From Protoeuglena noctilucae (taxonomy: Eukaryota), in assembly GCA_958009085.1 (NCBI GenBank), contig OY253683.1, positions 310,001 to 374,000 of the forward strand: a stretch of 64,000 bases of DNA, read 5' to 3'. A program made the translations under genes and the position numbers. The first letter of the stretch is position 1, and every line of letters begins with the position of its first letter. This document shows positions 35,572 through 51,583 of the stretch, one piece after another. The notes below the pieces were generated by a model that had not been told where the DNA came from, did not search any database, and saw nothing but the letters and a program-made list of their open reading frames with translations.

Positions 35572-37827
35572 TCAGACCGCGGCTGGGGCGGTGTGGCGTG
35601 CGGGTGAAGGGGAGCTCAGCTCGCTGTCGTCGAACGCCGTCAGGAGCTTGAGGATGTCCGTCTGAGTGATGACTCCCACGGGCCGCCTGAGCGAGTCAAT
35701 GACGTACGCGCGGTGCAAGTGCCTCTGCACGGGACATCAGATGCAGGGGTGCGTGTGCATCGCCCGTCATCGCCTGTGCCATTGCATTTCTCGACCATTA
35801 GGTAATTCCCTACAAAAGGGTCGCACCCGTTCCCAGTTCGCCAGGAGCCTCACCTTGACGAACAGGGAGAGCACTTGGCGGAGGGTGTTGCCCGGCCGCA
35901 CAAAGTACAGGTGCTGCCCGTCCTCGCACCCCAAGGACCGCCGCTGCATCTCCGTGAAGTGGGACCTGCGAGAGCGAAGCACGAAAGCGAGACCAGGTCC
36001 GACTGCTATGCAAGAAGCGTCCTGCCCACGAGGCGCACCATGCCTAACGCGCGACCCACCTAGCGGCCTTGAGTGCGGCGACCCGGGGATGCTCATCGCC
36101 CATCGACACGCGCCGAGGCGTCCCCGACCCCGCCAGCTGCACCTGCTGCAACTCGAACTCCCCCACGCTGTCCGCCTGCCTCAGCTCCCCCTCGCCCACC
36201 GTCGCCCCCGCCACGCTGTCCACGGCGACCCTGCCGCGCTCGCCCCCCGTGGTCCCCGTGTCAGAGGCCTCGCGCGAGGCCGAGCCCAGTTCTGGCACAC
36301 CCGAGTAAGGCGACGACCCGGCCGTGGGGATGGCGTACCCCATGAACTGCGAGCGGGGGACAGGGCATAGCACGTGCGTGCCAATCTGCATCCGCGAGCG
36401 CATCAGAGTTAGCAACTCTGGTCCGTTCGCCCGGCACGCCTCGCTCCGCACGCACCTCCACGCCGTTCTCCAGGGAGAGGAATTCGCCCACCGGGAGCGC
36501 CAGCACCCCCAAGTGGTCCACCGTCATCCCCCGCAGGTCCGACACGCTGAAGTTGCCCACGAGCCGCCCTTCGGCGTCTAACACGGGCACTCCCGAGAGG
36601 TTGTGCTTGTCCATCAGCACCAGCACGTCGTACGTGGGGGTGTCGCTGCGCGCCGTGTACATTTGCCTGTGTGCAGGGGAGACGGCGCATGGGTAAACAT
36701 GCCGCGCATGCGCAGGACACGTCACGCGTGGGTAGCCAATGCCGCCCGTGCTGCGCCGCGCGCCTGGGGAACATCTCGGAACCCCACCCGAGCGACTCCA
36801 CGGTGTAGTCCGCCATTTCACCAATGTGGCCGATGTTCTTGTACACGAAGCGCACCACGTCGGTCTGGCTCACTGCAGGGGACCATGGGGCGCAGGAATG
36901 TGAAGGAAACCGATTAACCATGCCCTGGGCCCGCGGCGGGAATGGTGTGGCGTGGCATGGCACACCTATCGACTCCACGTGGCCCGATGCGCTGGAGATG
37001 CCGACACGGTGCACCACCTTGCCGTACGCGATGGCCCGTGGGCTGCTGACAGGGTGCTCGGGCTCATCGGCTGTTGGGGAGTGGCCCCTGCAAATGAGGT
37101 GCGGGTGGGTGCGTGAGTGGCTGGGCCCGGGTGCGATGAGAAGCCAGAGAGCGCGCAAGCTTCGCCACTGCACCTGGCACGATGGCTGTTGCGGCTGTGC
37201 AAGAACCCCGTGTTGATCAGCTCCCACAGCGTGCAGCGGTCGGCGGCCTTTCGGAACACCAGGTCCCCGTCCCGGGCCATCCCGCCGGGTAGCGCCTCCA
37301 GATTCAGCGAGCTGAACTTGGGACCCGTTTCTTCCAGCACCTGCGGTGCAGCGGGCGGCGCCGGGCGTCAGCAGCGAGGGTGTTACGGCATAGTGCCCGC
37401 CGGGTGCCCGACTGCAGTGCCTGCACACCTTCATGCGCTGCAGCATGGGCATGCCCTCGAGCCCCATGCCAGCGCAGAAAGAGAGGAACCCATGGAGGAT
37501 GTCCTTCAGGTCGACAAACCCCTGTACCTCCGAACCCTTGTAAACCGGGCAGGATAGCACGCGCTCCTGCAGCAGGAGGGGAGGAGGTTGCTTCCTGAAG
37601 CAGGCGCAGCGAGCTTTGGCGCACCCGGGCAAGGCGAGAGCACCCACCTTGGCGAGACCAGTGAGGACCTCGCCGACGGTTGCCTCGGACGTTAAGGAAA
37701 AGATGGGGCGCATGTTGGACACCTCAAGATCCCTGACTTTCTTGAACAGCAAGTCGCGCAGCCCGCGAGAACGCAGGGACGCCTGGCGGTGGGGGACACC
37801 TGGGCGAGCAAAAGTATCATGGCCCAC
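35572..37827 (-). CDS. CBS-domain protein, SnRK1/AMPK gamma-subunit-like (KING-like); start unresolved
   Basis: Four CBS-like units: RVLSCPV..GFVDLKDIL, VHRVGI..VSQTDVVRF, NLSGVPVLDAEGRLVGNFSVSDLR, HLHRAYVID..PVGVITQTDIL; TGA at 35572-35574. Confidence 0.8.
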
Positions 37828-38368
37828 GTCGGCCGCGGAAGCACCAGTCAGCGGGCCATTGGCAGCGGCGATATCTGCGCCATGTCTGCTGCAGCATGAT
37901 CCAAACGCGGCACCGGTTTAAGCAACAACCGTACCTGGGTCCCCGTGGTGGTTCGCCATCCCTTTTCGTCGCGATGAAAGGGAATGGGGCCTCCACTCGT
38001 CGGTCAAAGGCCGGGGATATCGTCAGTTCTTGTGAGAGATGCGCGGGGGATCGAATGCGGAACAGGAGGAAAAGAATTTGGCGACTGGCATGAGGTAAAC
38101 GCCAGCGGGCGATGACAACCGAGAGCTACCTCGCAATCTTGCTTTTTCTCGATCAACTTTGCCACATTCAGCGGGACGTCGGGCGTCGCTAACTTGTATT
38201 TGGAGCTGTCGCTCTGCCAACACAAATTGCGTCCCCGAGCTCGCTTCTCGGGCCTAAATAGCTTCAGTTGCCGCTGGAGGGACCGCGTGGCCACTGGTGT
38301 GCAGCAGCCGACGTGCCACGCGCGGCCATGCCGCGGGACGCCCCCGCCGTCGCTGTCGCCCGAGCGCC

Positions 38369-39265
38369 ATGACGCGCATGTTCCCTGAGACCGCAAATTT
38401 GCCGAGAAGGAGGAGGGGCTACACGCGCCAGCCCATGGGCAGCGTGTCGCCGTCTCCGTCACTGGCCATGCCTGCACCAACCTTCGACCCGTCAGGTGCG
38501 CTGCGCTGCCCAGCACACCCGCCGTTCGCGTGTCACGAGTGGTGCAGTTGCCTCGAGGCACAGCCGGAGCCCCGGCCATCGCAGGGCTCGGCTCCACCTT
38601 TGAGTCGGCCTCCTCCCTGGCTGGACCGGTGAGCCAGATGAGCATCGGGAGTCCCCTGGAAGCCAAGGAGGACTCCATAACCTCCACGACGTCGGTGCGA
38701 TGGAAGCAGCGCTCCATCACCGTGCGGGCCAAGGACGCCGACACGTGGATGCCTGGCCACCCCCTCCCGCCCCTCCCGCCCGTGACCTTTGAGGACGTGG
38801 AGCTGAGGCGCGACGTGGCCCTGGATCCCGACGCCATTCATTTCCGGAACGCAGGTGACTCGCCTGCATCCCTGCGCGTCTTGGAATGCTCTGCACTTAT
38901 GTGCAGCCTGGCATCCAAACGCGAAGGTCCCCATGCCCCCAGAGCCCTCTCTCCCCACCCTCCACGCGCGCACGGCGAACGCCGCTCTCGGCCAGGGCCG
39001 CCCCCGGTGGGGGGCGACGCCACCTGCGAAGGAGCGCAAAGTCGCCCCCTACGGCTCATGGTACATGCCCGTGAAGACGTGGAGCGCAGCGTACCGCCGT
39101 CAGTTCCGTCTGGATCCATGGGGAGCTCAGATGCTCGAGGAGCAAGAGAAGGAGGTCCTGAAGGAGCAGCTCCGCCTGCAACCGGTGCCCACCAAGCGCC
39201 AGCTGGCACAGACGGCGCAGATTGCGGCGCCCGTTGCCTTGCTGCGAGACAGGCTCGGATTATAG
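38369..39265 (+). CDS. Hypothetical protein, three exons
   Basis: GT-AG introns link MTRMFPET..., GSTFESASS...IHFRNA and AWHPNAKVP...YGSWYMPVKTW...RLGL* in frame; codon usage looks coding. Confidence 0.55.
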
Positions 39266-39502
39266 CCGCACCGCGTAGAGCAGCAACATGAGTAAGGATG
39301 CCGCTGTAGCCAGTGCCATGTCTTTGTCCAGGGAGCGTCGACTGCCTGTGTCCTGCGCCCGTGACGCCCCTGTAGCAGTCAGGTCAGGGCTGGGGACCGG
39401 GCTTGCAGGCTGCCGAGCGACTCGGTGCAGTATTGCACCGTGCCATTTAATTTCCTACGTGGCTGGTGCTGTGCCCCGAGCTTTGCATGTCGCACCTTGC
39501 AC

Positions 39503-41519
39503 CTAGAGCGGGTCAAGGGTCGGGTGCACGCGCGAGCGGGTGGTGGCGGTGTTCAGCCCGGTCGTCGACGGCATGAAAGGGATGCCTTTCGTGAAGGCGC
39601 CGTCCAGCCCGTGCCACTCCAGAGGCATCTCGGCCTGCCGCGGGCGCAGGCGGCCGTACGACGCACTCGTGGTGGTGTAGCAGGGGTGCTGGCCCACCGC
39701 GGGGACATTCCACGCATGGACGTCCGCGAACCGCGCGGGGACAGCCATCGAGCCGAACTGCGTGCCCATAAGAGATCCAGCCGGTGGATGAAATCAGCAG
39801 GGCAGTCACTCGGCAAGCTTCGCGTGACAAGCAAGTGGCCAATAGAGCAGCTAGTGCAAGGCTCGGTACCTCGTCCGCCTCCCCAAACGTCTTTGCGGCC
39901 TCCGCCAAGACTTCCTCGGCGTCCAGAACGGCGGAATCCAGCACGGCCGCCACGGCTCCCAGGGTTCCCGAGAACGCAAGCTCCCCCAGGGTGGTCGCCT
40001 GCGAGGGCAGCGGCAGCGGCCCATGCTCAGCCGCAGTCGAGGCGCCGCAGAGCAGGCCGACAGGTCCCCCCTCTTCTCAAGCCTGCATAACAATGCATGA
40101 TCCTGACAGCTCTTGCCTCCGCCGCTCTGTGCAGCATCTTGTGCCGGGGGCCCCTCCCGACTGCATCGACCGCCGTGGTGCCCGGCTGGGACAGAGGCAT
40201 GTGCCGCCGCTCCTTGGCCTGTGCCTTGAGCAGCTCGAGGAACACGTGCACGTAGTGGCTGGCGAAGAGGCAATCCTCCGCAGACCTCTGCAGGACGGGG
40301 GCGGAGGGGCGCGCTGTGAGCGGCGGCACCGAGGGCACCGACGGCCCGGTGGCTGCGCGTGGTCGTGTAAAGCGCACGCACCAGTGGGAGGCACGTGTCG
40401 ACCGTGAGCGCCCGGACCGGCCCCTGACGCAGCAGCTCTGCGTAAAGGTCGGCGAGCTGGGCCCCGTCCTCTGCCGCAGCGACCGTCGCCGCCACGCCCA
40501 GGTTCTCCGCCCTCAGGAAGGCCACGGGTGCCGCGCACATCGCCTCTCCATCACTGCGGAGGTTGATAATTGGTGGAGAATGACTGCCGCAGCTTTGAAA
40601 CGGCCGGGTGGCACCCCACAGGAGTCACCACAGCTGTGAGGGTGCCCTCACCAGAACGGGTCGCTGAAGCCGCTCACGCCCACCACCCCCCGAGCCCGCC
40701 GATCGCTGCCCTCCAGCTCCAGCCTCGTCAGACCCACGGAGGGCTCCCCGTCCTTCGTGAGCCTCGCTGCAACCACCGGTGCCATGCTCAGCACCGCACT
40801 CTCGATGAACTGCTGCATGTCGAATTGCGGCGCGGTCAGGGACGTCAGGTCGATGACCAGGACGTGACCCGATGGACGCACTGCCTCGACGAACGCCGCG
40901 ACGTCTGCGTGTGTTATTCGAGCGGGCTTTGGACTGATGCCGGAATAGCAGCAGGTGCAAGCCGGTCCGGCAAGCCTGCTGCTCACCGTGGACCGGCGCG
41001 TAACCCTGCTGGCTCGAGCGGCCATTCGACAGGACGTTGGCCACCGAGAGCCCCAGGGGACTGCCATGCTCCGCCACCCACTTGGTCATGTCGTTCATGG
41101 CATCATCGTTCGTGACGATGTAGGTCGAGCGGTCGAGTGGAAGCAGCCGCGCGCACTTGCGTAGCTGGAACAGCGGATAGGAGAGCGCTGGGGACAAAAA
41201 CAGCGTTTTGTTGTGCGGACGGGGCTACGGACGATGCATTTTCCGCTGCGGGTCTCCAAAGCAGCTCGCATGCATGTCATGGCCCTGGGCGGCGACTCGC
41301 CGCAGCTGTCCCGCGTGTCGTGGCGCGATTATGACCACCTTAAAAACGCGCTAGACTGGGAGGGTGCTTCGCACCTGGAAGCTTCCCTATCGGGGCGAAG
41401 GCGACGCTGTGGGGTGTTGCCACACGCCCCAGCGTCGCAGACAGCGTCCGGGCCGGGATCTGCTCCATCCACTCCGCCGAGCAGCTAGCTAAGATGACGC
41501 AGGACACCTTCACCACCAT
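39503..41519 (-). CDS. Nucleotidyltransferase-like domain fused to a C-terminal PIERCE (C9orf116/FAP182-like) ciliary domain
   Basis: The N-terminus MVVKVSCVILAS...APIGK...TYIVTND...NVLSNG resembles NTP_transferase folds. The C-terminus HPCYTTTSASYGRLRP..EMPLEWHG..GAFT...GLNTATTRSRVH resembles PIERCE1/2. The two parts are joined by a phase-0 GT-AG intron at 39758-39869. Confidence 0.65.
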
Positions 41520-41819
41520 GTTGGGCCACCAAGCTCCCCTGGCCCGCAGGCGAAAGGCTGGCCCTGGGCCCCCGGCGCGCCAGTAGCACAGCGATGGGCT
41601 GCGGAAGGTCAGCAGACGCGGGGAAATGCCGCAACGTTTGCTTTCGCCTGTGCCATGGCACGCATCCAGCGCCAGACGAACCCGTAGTTGCAGGAAACCC
41701 CTCCTGCTCTGGAGCTCTGGAGGGGTCTCTTCCTGGCCACTCTCCACACGTAGGGAGTGCGGGTCCGCGCATCAACCAGCAGCTCGAATTGGCGATCCGC
41801 TGCTCCTATAAACCTGCCG

Positions 41820-44035
<2,216 letters not shown>

Positions 44036-44982
44036 AGCATGTATGTACCTGCCAACTGAGTGGCGAATGCTGATTTGCCAGGAGACAGCGGAATGGTGTG
44101 AACACTGAAAAGTGTGGCTGGCGCCTGCAGCACAGGACACTCGGCAAGCGTTTCTTGCCGGCGATGGTGGATTGCGGCCCACCAGTGCCGGCTCGCACCT
44201 GCGGCGTCGCCCGCGGGGCCCGAGGGGGGGCAAACCACACACGCATACCTCGCGTGACCCTTTCGGCTAGAGTGCGCCGCGCGTGCGGCCGGGCTTTGGC
44301 TGCCTTCGTCGACACATTGCTTTCGGGTCCACCCAGCTCGGCCTGATGGGCCGTCAGTAGCGGCGGCTGGCCCCTTGCGCGCTCGCCTGTTGCACAGTCC
44401 CCGGCGTGCGCCCTCTAGGTGGGCGGTAGTCCGCCGATATCATGTCGATGGGTCGCCATCAGTCCCAGCAGGCCACCGCGGACACAGCGGCCTCGGGGGC
44501 GGCATCCGACCTCTCCCTGAGTTCCGACAGGACGCAGGGGACTGTTGGCGACTCGCAGAGGCTCGTTTTCCCGGTGAGATGTTAATTTGCTTCTGTACAA
44601 AACGCGAGGGCCCAAGCCGGGCGTCCAGGCGACGCCACAGCACGCGCTTTCCCCCCCGGTCGTTCCTGCTGGCTGCCCCGGCCCCCGGCGCGGTGCCCTC
44701 GCATCCACGACCCGCGAATCGCTCCGATCTGTGGCGGGGTGGTGTCGCGCTTCTGTTCCCGGATCGAACCGGGCAGGGAGTGCCGCGGAGCGCACGCTTG
44801 ACCCGACCTTTTGCCGCGTCAAAAAGTGCCACCTCGACTCGCGCGGGGAGCGAACGCGGGGCCTATCCGAGTCGCCGCAGAGGAGAGCAAGCAGCGAGAT
44901 CTCCACGGCGCTGTCATGCGAGGGCGCCCAGCCCGCCGTGTCCGCCGTGGCGGCCTCCCAGTCGGCGGTGCGGGAGAGCGCC

Positions 44983-47900
44983 ATGTCTGCCGCCGAGTTC
45001 GAAGGCGGCCACTCCTCCGGCCGCCCTCATGTTACCCTATCTGAGTCCCAGCGAGCGGGGCGCGTGCCGGGCTCAGCCAAGGACGGCCACGGCTCCAACC
45101 ACGAAGGCGAGCCCGGGCCCCTGCCACCCAGTGCGCCCTACCACCACAGGCTCTCCGCAGGCCGAGCACCGCCCCCGCACTCCCCTCGCAGGCGCAGACG
45201 ATCGTCAGGTCCGAGCGCGCGCGCACTCCAGCCGCGTTCGCAGGCGCCGGCAGCACGGCGCGTCCACCGACAAGCGGGCAAACGTGGAGGTGGTGCACCA
45301 GGGCTCCAACCATGAGGTGAGACTCACGGGGCAATGCCCGTCCCTGCGCTGACCACCGGGTGCGCAAGTCCTGCTGGTTTCCGTCGGCGCTGGAGCCACA
45401 ACGCATGCCCCGTTTGCCTGTCTTCGCAGATGGAGCGCATCCCGACGCTCTCTGGCGTTTCCGCGGTACGATTCGACGACAAGAGCGACCGACACGTGGC
45501 CGGCGCCGCCCCCGGTACCGATGCGCCGCCGGGGCAGGCCCGCTCCATGGTCTCTGCCAGTGCGCGGGTGGCGCCCGGGGGCGCGAATGCAGACACGCCG
45601 ACCGGGGCCGAGGCGGTGGGCAGCCCCGTGAGGGAGAGGGCGGCGGTGGGGTCTGCGGCAGGCGAGGATGGCCTGGCCTTGGGGGGCAAGGGCCCCTGCT
45701 CCTCCACCGGCGCTGCGGGGATGCATTTCATCGGGACCACCGCCAGTGCCGGTCGAGACGACGGGGACATGGACCAGCTCGTGGGCCCGGCGGCGGGGCC
45801 GGTGACGGCGGCGGAGGCGGAGGTGAAGGAGGACGTCTCGCAGGGCGTGGGGGAGGTCGTGGAGGGCGTGGCAGGGGCCGGGGGCGGGCTGGATGGGCCG
45901 GGCGGGGTGGCGAGCGGGTCGCGTGCCGCCAAGCTGGGCAGCGAGGGCGCCGGGCTCGGCCCCGCGGGGTTCCGAGAGGTGGTGGAGGGCGGGGAGCTGC
46001 GACGGGGCGGTGACGAGGGCGGTGCAACGAGCGAGCCCTCGGGGTCTTGGGAGGGCGGTTTCCGGGTGCCCGGCCGCGCGGCCGTGGGGAGCACGAAGGA
46101 CGAGGGCGAGGGCGCCGGGCGCGCGAGCGGCATGCGCGTGGCGGCGGAGCTGAGCGGCGCGGCCAACAGCGCGGTGTCGATGGGCGGCCGCGCCCTCGCG
46201 TCTGGGGACATCGCGGGGGAGGTGTCTAAGGGGGTCGCCAGGGACCCTGGCAGCCCGGGGCGGTCTTCCGCCGCGGCCATTCTGGACGGCGTGGGCGGGG
46301 CGGACGCGGAGGGGGAGGGCGAGGTGGCGGGGCTGGCTCAGATGCACGTGGCGAGCCAGATGAGCGCCGGGGCGGCATCGGGGCGGGCGGAGGTGGTGGG
46401 GCTTTTGGGAAGGAGTGGGGAAGGGCGCCATGGCGACTCGGGCATCGCGGAGCAGCCGATGCGGGCGGCTGCGGACGGGGCCCGTGGGGCGGGCAGTGGG
46501 GGGCCAGGGACGCTTGAAGACGACCGCGACCCAGCCGACGAATGGCTACGGTGAGCGATGAGCTGAACACGAGCAGAATGCTGATTCGCTGCTGCTATGT
46601 TGCCGTGGGACGTTCGGTGTGGGCCAGGGCCCCGTGGGGCCCGGGGTTGGCTCTGTGTTTGATGGTGCGGCTCGCATCACGGTGCCAGTCCCGGGTGTCT
46701 TGTCGATGAAGCTTCATGGCAGCTTGGTCGCAGAGTCTTCCGGCCTACGCGCGGCGCCCCGCACAACACGGCGAGCGTGGTGGCGGGCGGGGACGGGGCC
46801 ACGGTGGGCACGGGGGCGGAGGGTGGCGCGGATGATGAGGGCATCGGGGGCCGGCCGGGAGTGGCGGCAGGGCCTCGCGCCGCGTGGCATTTGAGCCCGG
46901 CGTCGAGTCTCTTCCGCGCCCAGCAGGCGGCGGGCGGCGGCGCGTCGTGGGCGTGGGAGGGCAAGGGTGCGGTGGCGGAGGGGGCGGGCAGCAAGGGCGC
47001 CCCGCCGGGGGACGGTGTGGGCGAGGGAGGGCACGCGGGGCGGTTTTTGGAGGAGCGTGGCGAAGACGCCGAGCCCACGGGGGCGGATCCCGGCCCAGCG
47101 AAGGGCAGCTCGCCGCACAGCCCGGTGGCCTTTGCGGCGCACCACTCCCCGCCCGTCCACGCCCACGCGCACCACAGCCAGCGGCCGGCGCACCACCACC
47201 CGCGGCGCAGCCACAGCCTCCAGGCGGGGGCCGAGGCGGGGAGCGAGGCGGCGGGGGCGGACGACGGGGCGGCGTGCTCTGGGTTCACGCCCGCCTGGCC
47301 CGCGGTGGGCCCTGCGCGCGCGCACTCGAGCTCCCGCGCGCCGCATGCGAGCCCCGCACTGGCCGAGGTGGTCGTGGCGAGGTCTGAGGTGGAAGACGAG
47401 GAGGCGGGCGGTCGCGGGAGTGGGGGGGCCGTGCTGAGGGCGTCCAGCCCCACACCGCAGCCGGCCATCATCGCTCGGGGCATGATGCACCTTCGTCCGC
47501 CGTCGCCCGCGCGCGGCGAGGGCTCCCGCCCCGGCCACGCCTCGGCGTGGGCTTCGGACCAAGAGGCAGAGGCCGAGGCGGACGTGGACGTCGACGCGGC
47601 CCTTTCCCAGATGGGCCGGGCGGGGGGCGCGTTGGCGGGGACGGCCCGGGGTGGCGCGGGGGCCTCGGACAGCGCGGGCCGCGTGGCAGCGGCCGGCACA
47701 GGCCCCGTCGCAGCCCCCGAGAGCTCCGCGGCGCCTCAGACGGCCGTGGTGGTCAAGTCGTCTTCAGTGCAGGAGGGCCAGGCTGCGCTGTCCTCGCCCC
47801 TCAAGGAAGCCGCCCGGTCTGCCATGGGAGGCGTCGCACCCACGCCTCTCAGTCGGGCGCTCTCAGCGACGGACCTTGCGGCACAGGCGGTCCCGAGGCC

Positions 47901-50900
47901 AGCTGCCGGGCTCACCCCGGCACCGACCGCCCCGGGGGAGCCCTCCCGCGAGCGCGGGCCGCGCACGGTGCAGGCCGCCGCCTCCGCCGCCAGCTCCCGG
48001 CTGCCTGGCGAGGGTGGGGCGTCGGGTGCGGGGTCGCTGTCGGGCGCCCCGGACGGTGACGACAGCGACGCCGGTGCGGGGGCTGCGGCATCCCGAGGGG
48101 ACTGGCATGCGCCGGGCGGGCGGGAGGGCTCACGAATGGCGACGCTTGAGGTGCGGGAGCCGGTTAATGGGCACGCAGCCTGTGAGCGCCGTGACGCCGC
48201 TTTTGGATGCCTTTCCTCACTGCGTTGCGGGTGCCACAAAGAGGACCCTGTGCGTTTCCTTGCTTGCAGCCCGGCACGGACCCGGACGGCGACGTGGAGC
48301 TGTCACCCAGGGGCTTTGCCGGACCCAAGACCCCCGCTCCTCAGGTCGCGCGCCTGTCCCTGGGCCACGCAGCCAACGACGAGGATGTGCAGTCGGGGTC
48401 AGACACACCCCTGCCACAACATCACGCCACAGGTGCGCCGCCATTCGACGCGCAGCAAGCCAGCATAGCTGCGGGCTGTGGGGATGAGCGACGCAGGGCG
48501 TCATGTGCTGGCGGGGCTGTTCCTCTGCCTTATCCACCCCATCCGCCCCTCGCCTGCGCGCAGGCGCACCCCGGGCACCGGTCATGGTGGCGCGTCGCTC
48601 GGCGGCAGAGGCTGGGTCCGTGGGCGAAGGTTCCCAGGCATTGGCGATGCGACTGCTGCCCGCCGCGAGCCGCAGCGAGGTCCCGGCCCTGGACGCCGCC
48701 GGTGCCGTGGGCCCCGCGGACGCGGAGATGGACGTCGGGGGCGGGGGCGTGAGCTTGGGCCCTGGGATGGGGGCGTCGATGGGCGCGGCACCTGGGGCGG
48801 TCGTGGGGCAGGGCGAAGCGCAACTGTACGGCAGCCGGCGCGCCCACACCACGGGCAGCCGCGCGCGGGACGACTCCAGGGAGGCCTTGGCCGAGGTGAG
48901 TGCAGAGGCGGACGGGGGAAGGAGTTGGCAGCTTCAGCGTGCAGGCTGGTTGCGGGGAGGGTGGATGCAGCACAGGCATCGCGCGGGGTGCCTGTGGGGG
49001 CCGCGGGCATCGCACGGAAGTGGCATTTGGTGCGCGCTCGGCAGGTGTACGTGGAGGAGAGCCCCGAGGTGGCGCTGGAACTGCGGAGGGCGTCGAGCGT
49101 GCATGGTGACGGAGTCCGGTCATCTGCGGCAGATGAGAGAGCTCCCCACGCCCTCCCGATGTCCGGGGCGGGCCCCGCGCCGCGCCCGGCCATGGCGACG
49201 ATCCAGAGCGCCCCGGGCTCGGTCGCTGCCGGGGGCGCGACCACTGGGGCGGTGCTCGACTCGCACCCCACGCTGCGGGCCTGGGCAGGGGCGGCCCCGG
49301 AGCGCGGAAGCACCGAGCGCGGCGATGCGCCCCACACGCTGGCGGTCGAGCCAAACCTCGCCGGTGGGTGGGCCGCTGTCACTCGCCATGCCGCTGTGCC
49401 AGTCTTGTGTTACCACATGTAGCGATGCGACAACCCCGCGACTCCCCGCCTCCCCAGGGGCCCGCGAGGCGACGCGCGGCGCCGCAGGGGTCGCCGTGGG
49501 CGTGGGGAGCACTGTGGCGGCCGGTCCGCGCGGGGTCAACTTGCCGGCGAGTGTTGGGTCGCTGCGGGGCCCGGGCCTCGGTCCAGGCGCGGCGAGCGTG
49601 GAGAGCGGCCCGCGAGAGACGGACGCGGACCGTGGCTGGACTGCGAGCCGCGACGCAGTGGACGCGGACCCTCTGCTGCCCCGCGCCATCGAGCACATCC
49701 TGACGCACGCGGCAGCCGGTCTCGTGGCTCCCAACAACGCACAGGTATGAGCCGCCGCCACGCCACGAGTGCTTTGTGCATGTATGCGACGAGAGGAGCG
49801 TGTTTGTTCGGTGTCACCCACGACTGTTATACGGTGCTCAGCTCAGCGGGGCAGGGCATGTCTGCTGCCTGCAGGTCCGCTTGCCTGTGCACCCTCCCGG
49901 TCCCCTGCACGGCGTCGTCCTCGAGTGGACGGACAACCGCGGCTCTTCTCGGAACGTGGGGCTGGAGATGGTCGGGGCGAACGGCAACGGCGCGCGATCC
50001 CAGGCCGGAGACCGCCAAGGGTGAGGATGAGACTAAGTCGCGCCGCCTACTTGCTTTGATGCAGCCGCTGCTTGCTCTCTGCAGTCAAACCAGGGCCATC
50101 CTTTCTGTGCCATTGCAATGGTATCGTCCGTCTGTGCGCTGACCGAGAGTTGACCAAGGGCCTCTGTGGACCCTCGCACGCAGCAACCCGTCATCTGAGG
50201 CTGTGATCGAGTCCTCCATCGGGGCAGAGCCCCTCCGGCCCGTCCCGTCAGGCCACGGCAACTCCACGCTCGGATCATTGGACGAGAACAGCGGCGCCGC
50301 GGGGGCTGCACGCGTGGGGAGAGCACAGGTGGGCGCGCGTGGGGGTGGCTGTAGGGCGGCTTCTGCAGTGCTGGTGCGTGTGGCGGGGCCACGGCTGTGG
50401 TCGCGAGCACGGGGACGTCGCAGCGGCCCAGACTCTCCCCACACGCCCATTCGCTCCAGTATCGCGGTTTAGAGCAAAGCGAACTGCCGTGGTGTCATTG
50501 ATCGCTCCCTGGCCCAGATCATTGTGAGTGATGTCGTTGGTTCACTTCTCGTCGCCTTCTGTGCACCCCAGCGTGTGGCGAGCACGGTGGCGATTGTGGA
50601 CGGGGTGGACGACGTGCAAGGCGCCGTGCTGGGCCGCTTCCGGCCGGCGGGCGACGGGGGCGGGTGGTCGACGGACGCCGTGCTGCACAGTGAGGGCGAG
50701 GGAGAGGGCGAGGGCGAGGGCGAGGGAGGCGGCGTCGAGGACGGGGTGGGGCGGCGGTGGGAGCGGGGGCTGTTGGAGGGGAGGGGCAGCGGGGGCACGG
50801 GCGGCGAGGCGGGGTCGGCGGGGGCCGCGGGCGGCGCCCACGGCGACTCCACCGAACATGCACCCGCGAAGGAGGGCCACGGCATGAAGAGTGAGTCGGG

Positions 50901-51039
50901 GGCGCGGGGCGTGGCGAACGGCGTGTACGGGAAGGGGCCTACGGCGTCGCGTTCGGCGGCGTCCAACCCCGGGAAGCGCAGCGCGGGGAGCGTCGAGGAG
51001 CGGGGCAAGCGGCGGCGCGTCGGGGCAACTGAAGGATGA
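44983..51039 (+). CDS. Very large Gly/Ala-rich low-complexity hypothetical protein (could be more than one gene)
   Basis: Long coding-like ORF segments (45431-46550, 46777-48150, 48564-48895, 49045-49364, 49459-49744, 50572-51039) are mostly flanked by splice signals. Some junctions are unresolved and no domain is recognisable. Confidence 0.5.
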
Positions 51040-51583
51040 CAGCCCCGCTTGGGCACCCCGCTTAGGTGTTGATATTGATTTGCGCCGCCCTCTTTGTGAC
51101 GCTTTCAAAAGCCAACGAAGACCTGCCTCTGATGCGGTGCATCGCTGAAAGAGATTCCATCGGGTTCGGGAGCGGGTTTGCTGCAGCGCCTTCTGGCGAC
51201 GGCACCACGGCTCAGCCGCTGCCTTGGCCGCTTGTCTTCTGCCATGTTGTTCACACCGGTGCAATAAAACGGCATGCGCCGTTGTGTATGCTGGCGCGGC
51301 CGGGAGGGCGAGGTGCGCTCCGCGTCATTTTTAGAGCCGTGTTCCACGGCAACGGCTCCATCGCCCTCTCTCCGGTGGACGATTGTGAAACCTTCTTCCT
51401 CTGGGAGGCTGCAGCCGGCGTCTCATCGCCGGGCGGCGCGTGAGCGCGCCATGTCCATGGATGACGCACCGCCGCCTCGCTTGGGCTCTCCTATCCCTGG
51501 GAGGCGAAATCTCGGGGTCCGACGCTCCAGGGGGCTCTCTTTACACATAGGAAAAGCGCGGGTGAGGTTTATAAGGCTTGAGG

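Noticed and set aside
50692..50727. (GAGGGC)n-like run
   Set aside because: Simple coding repeat for EGEGEG in a low-complexity protein.
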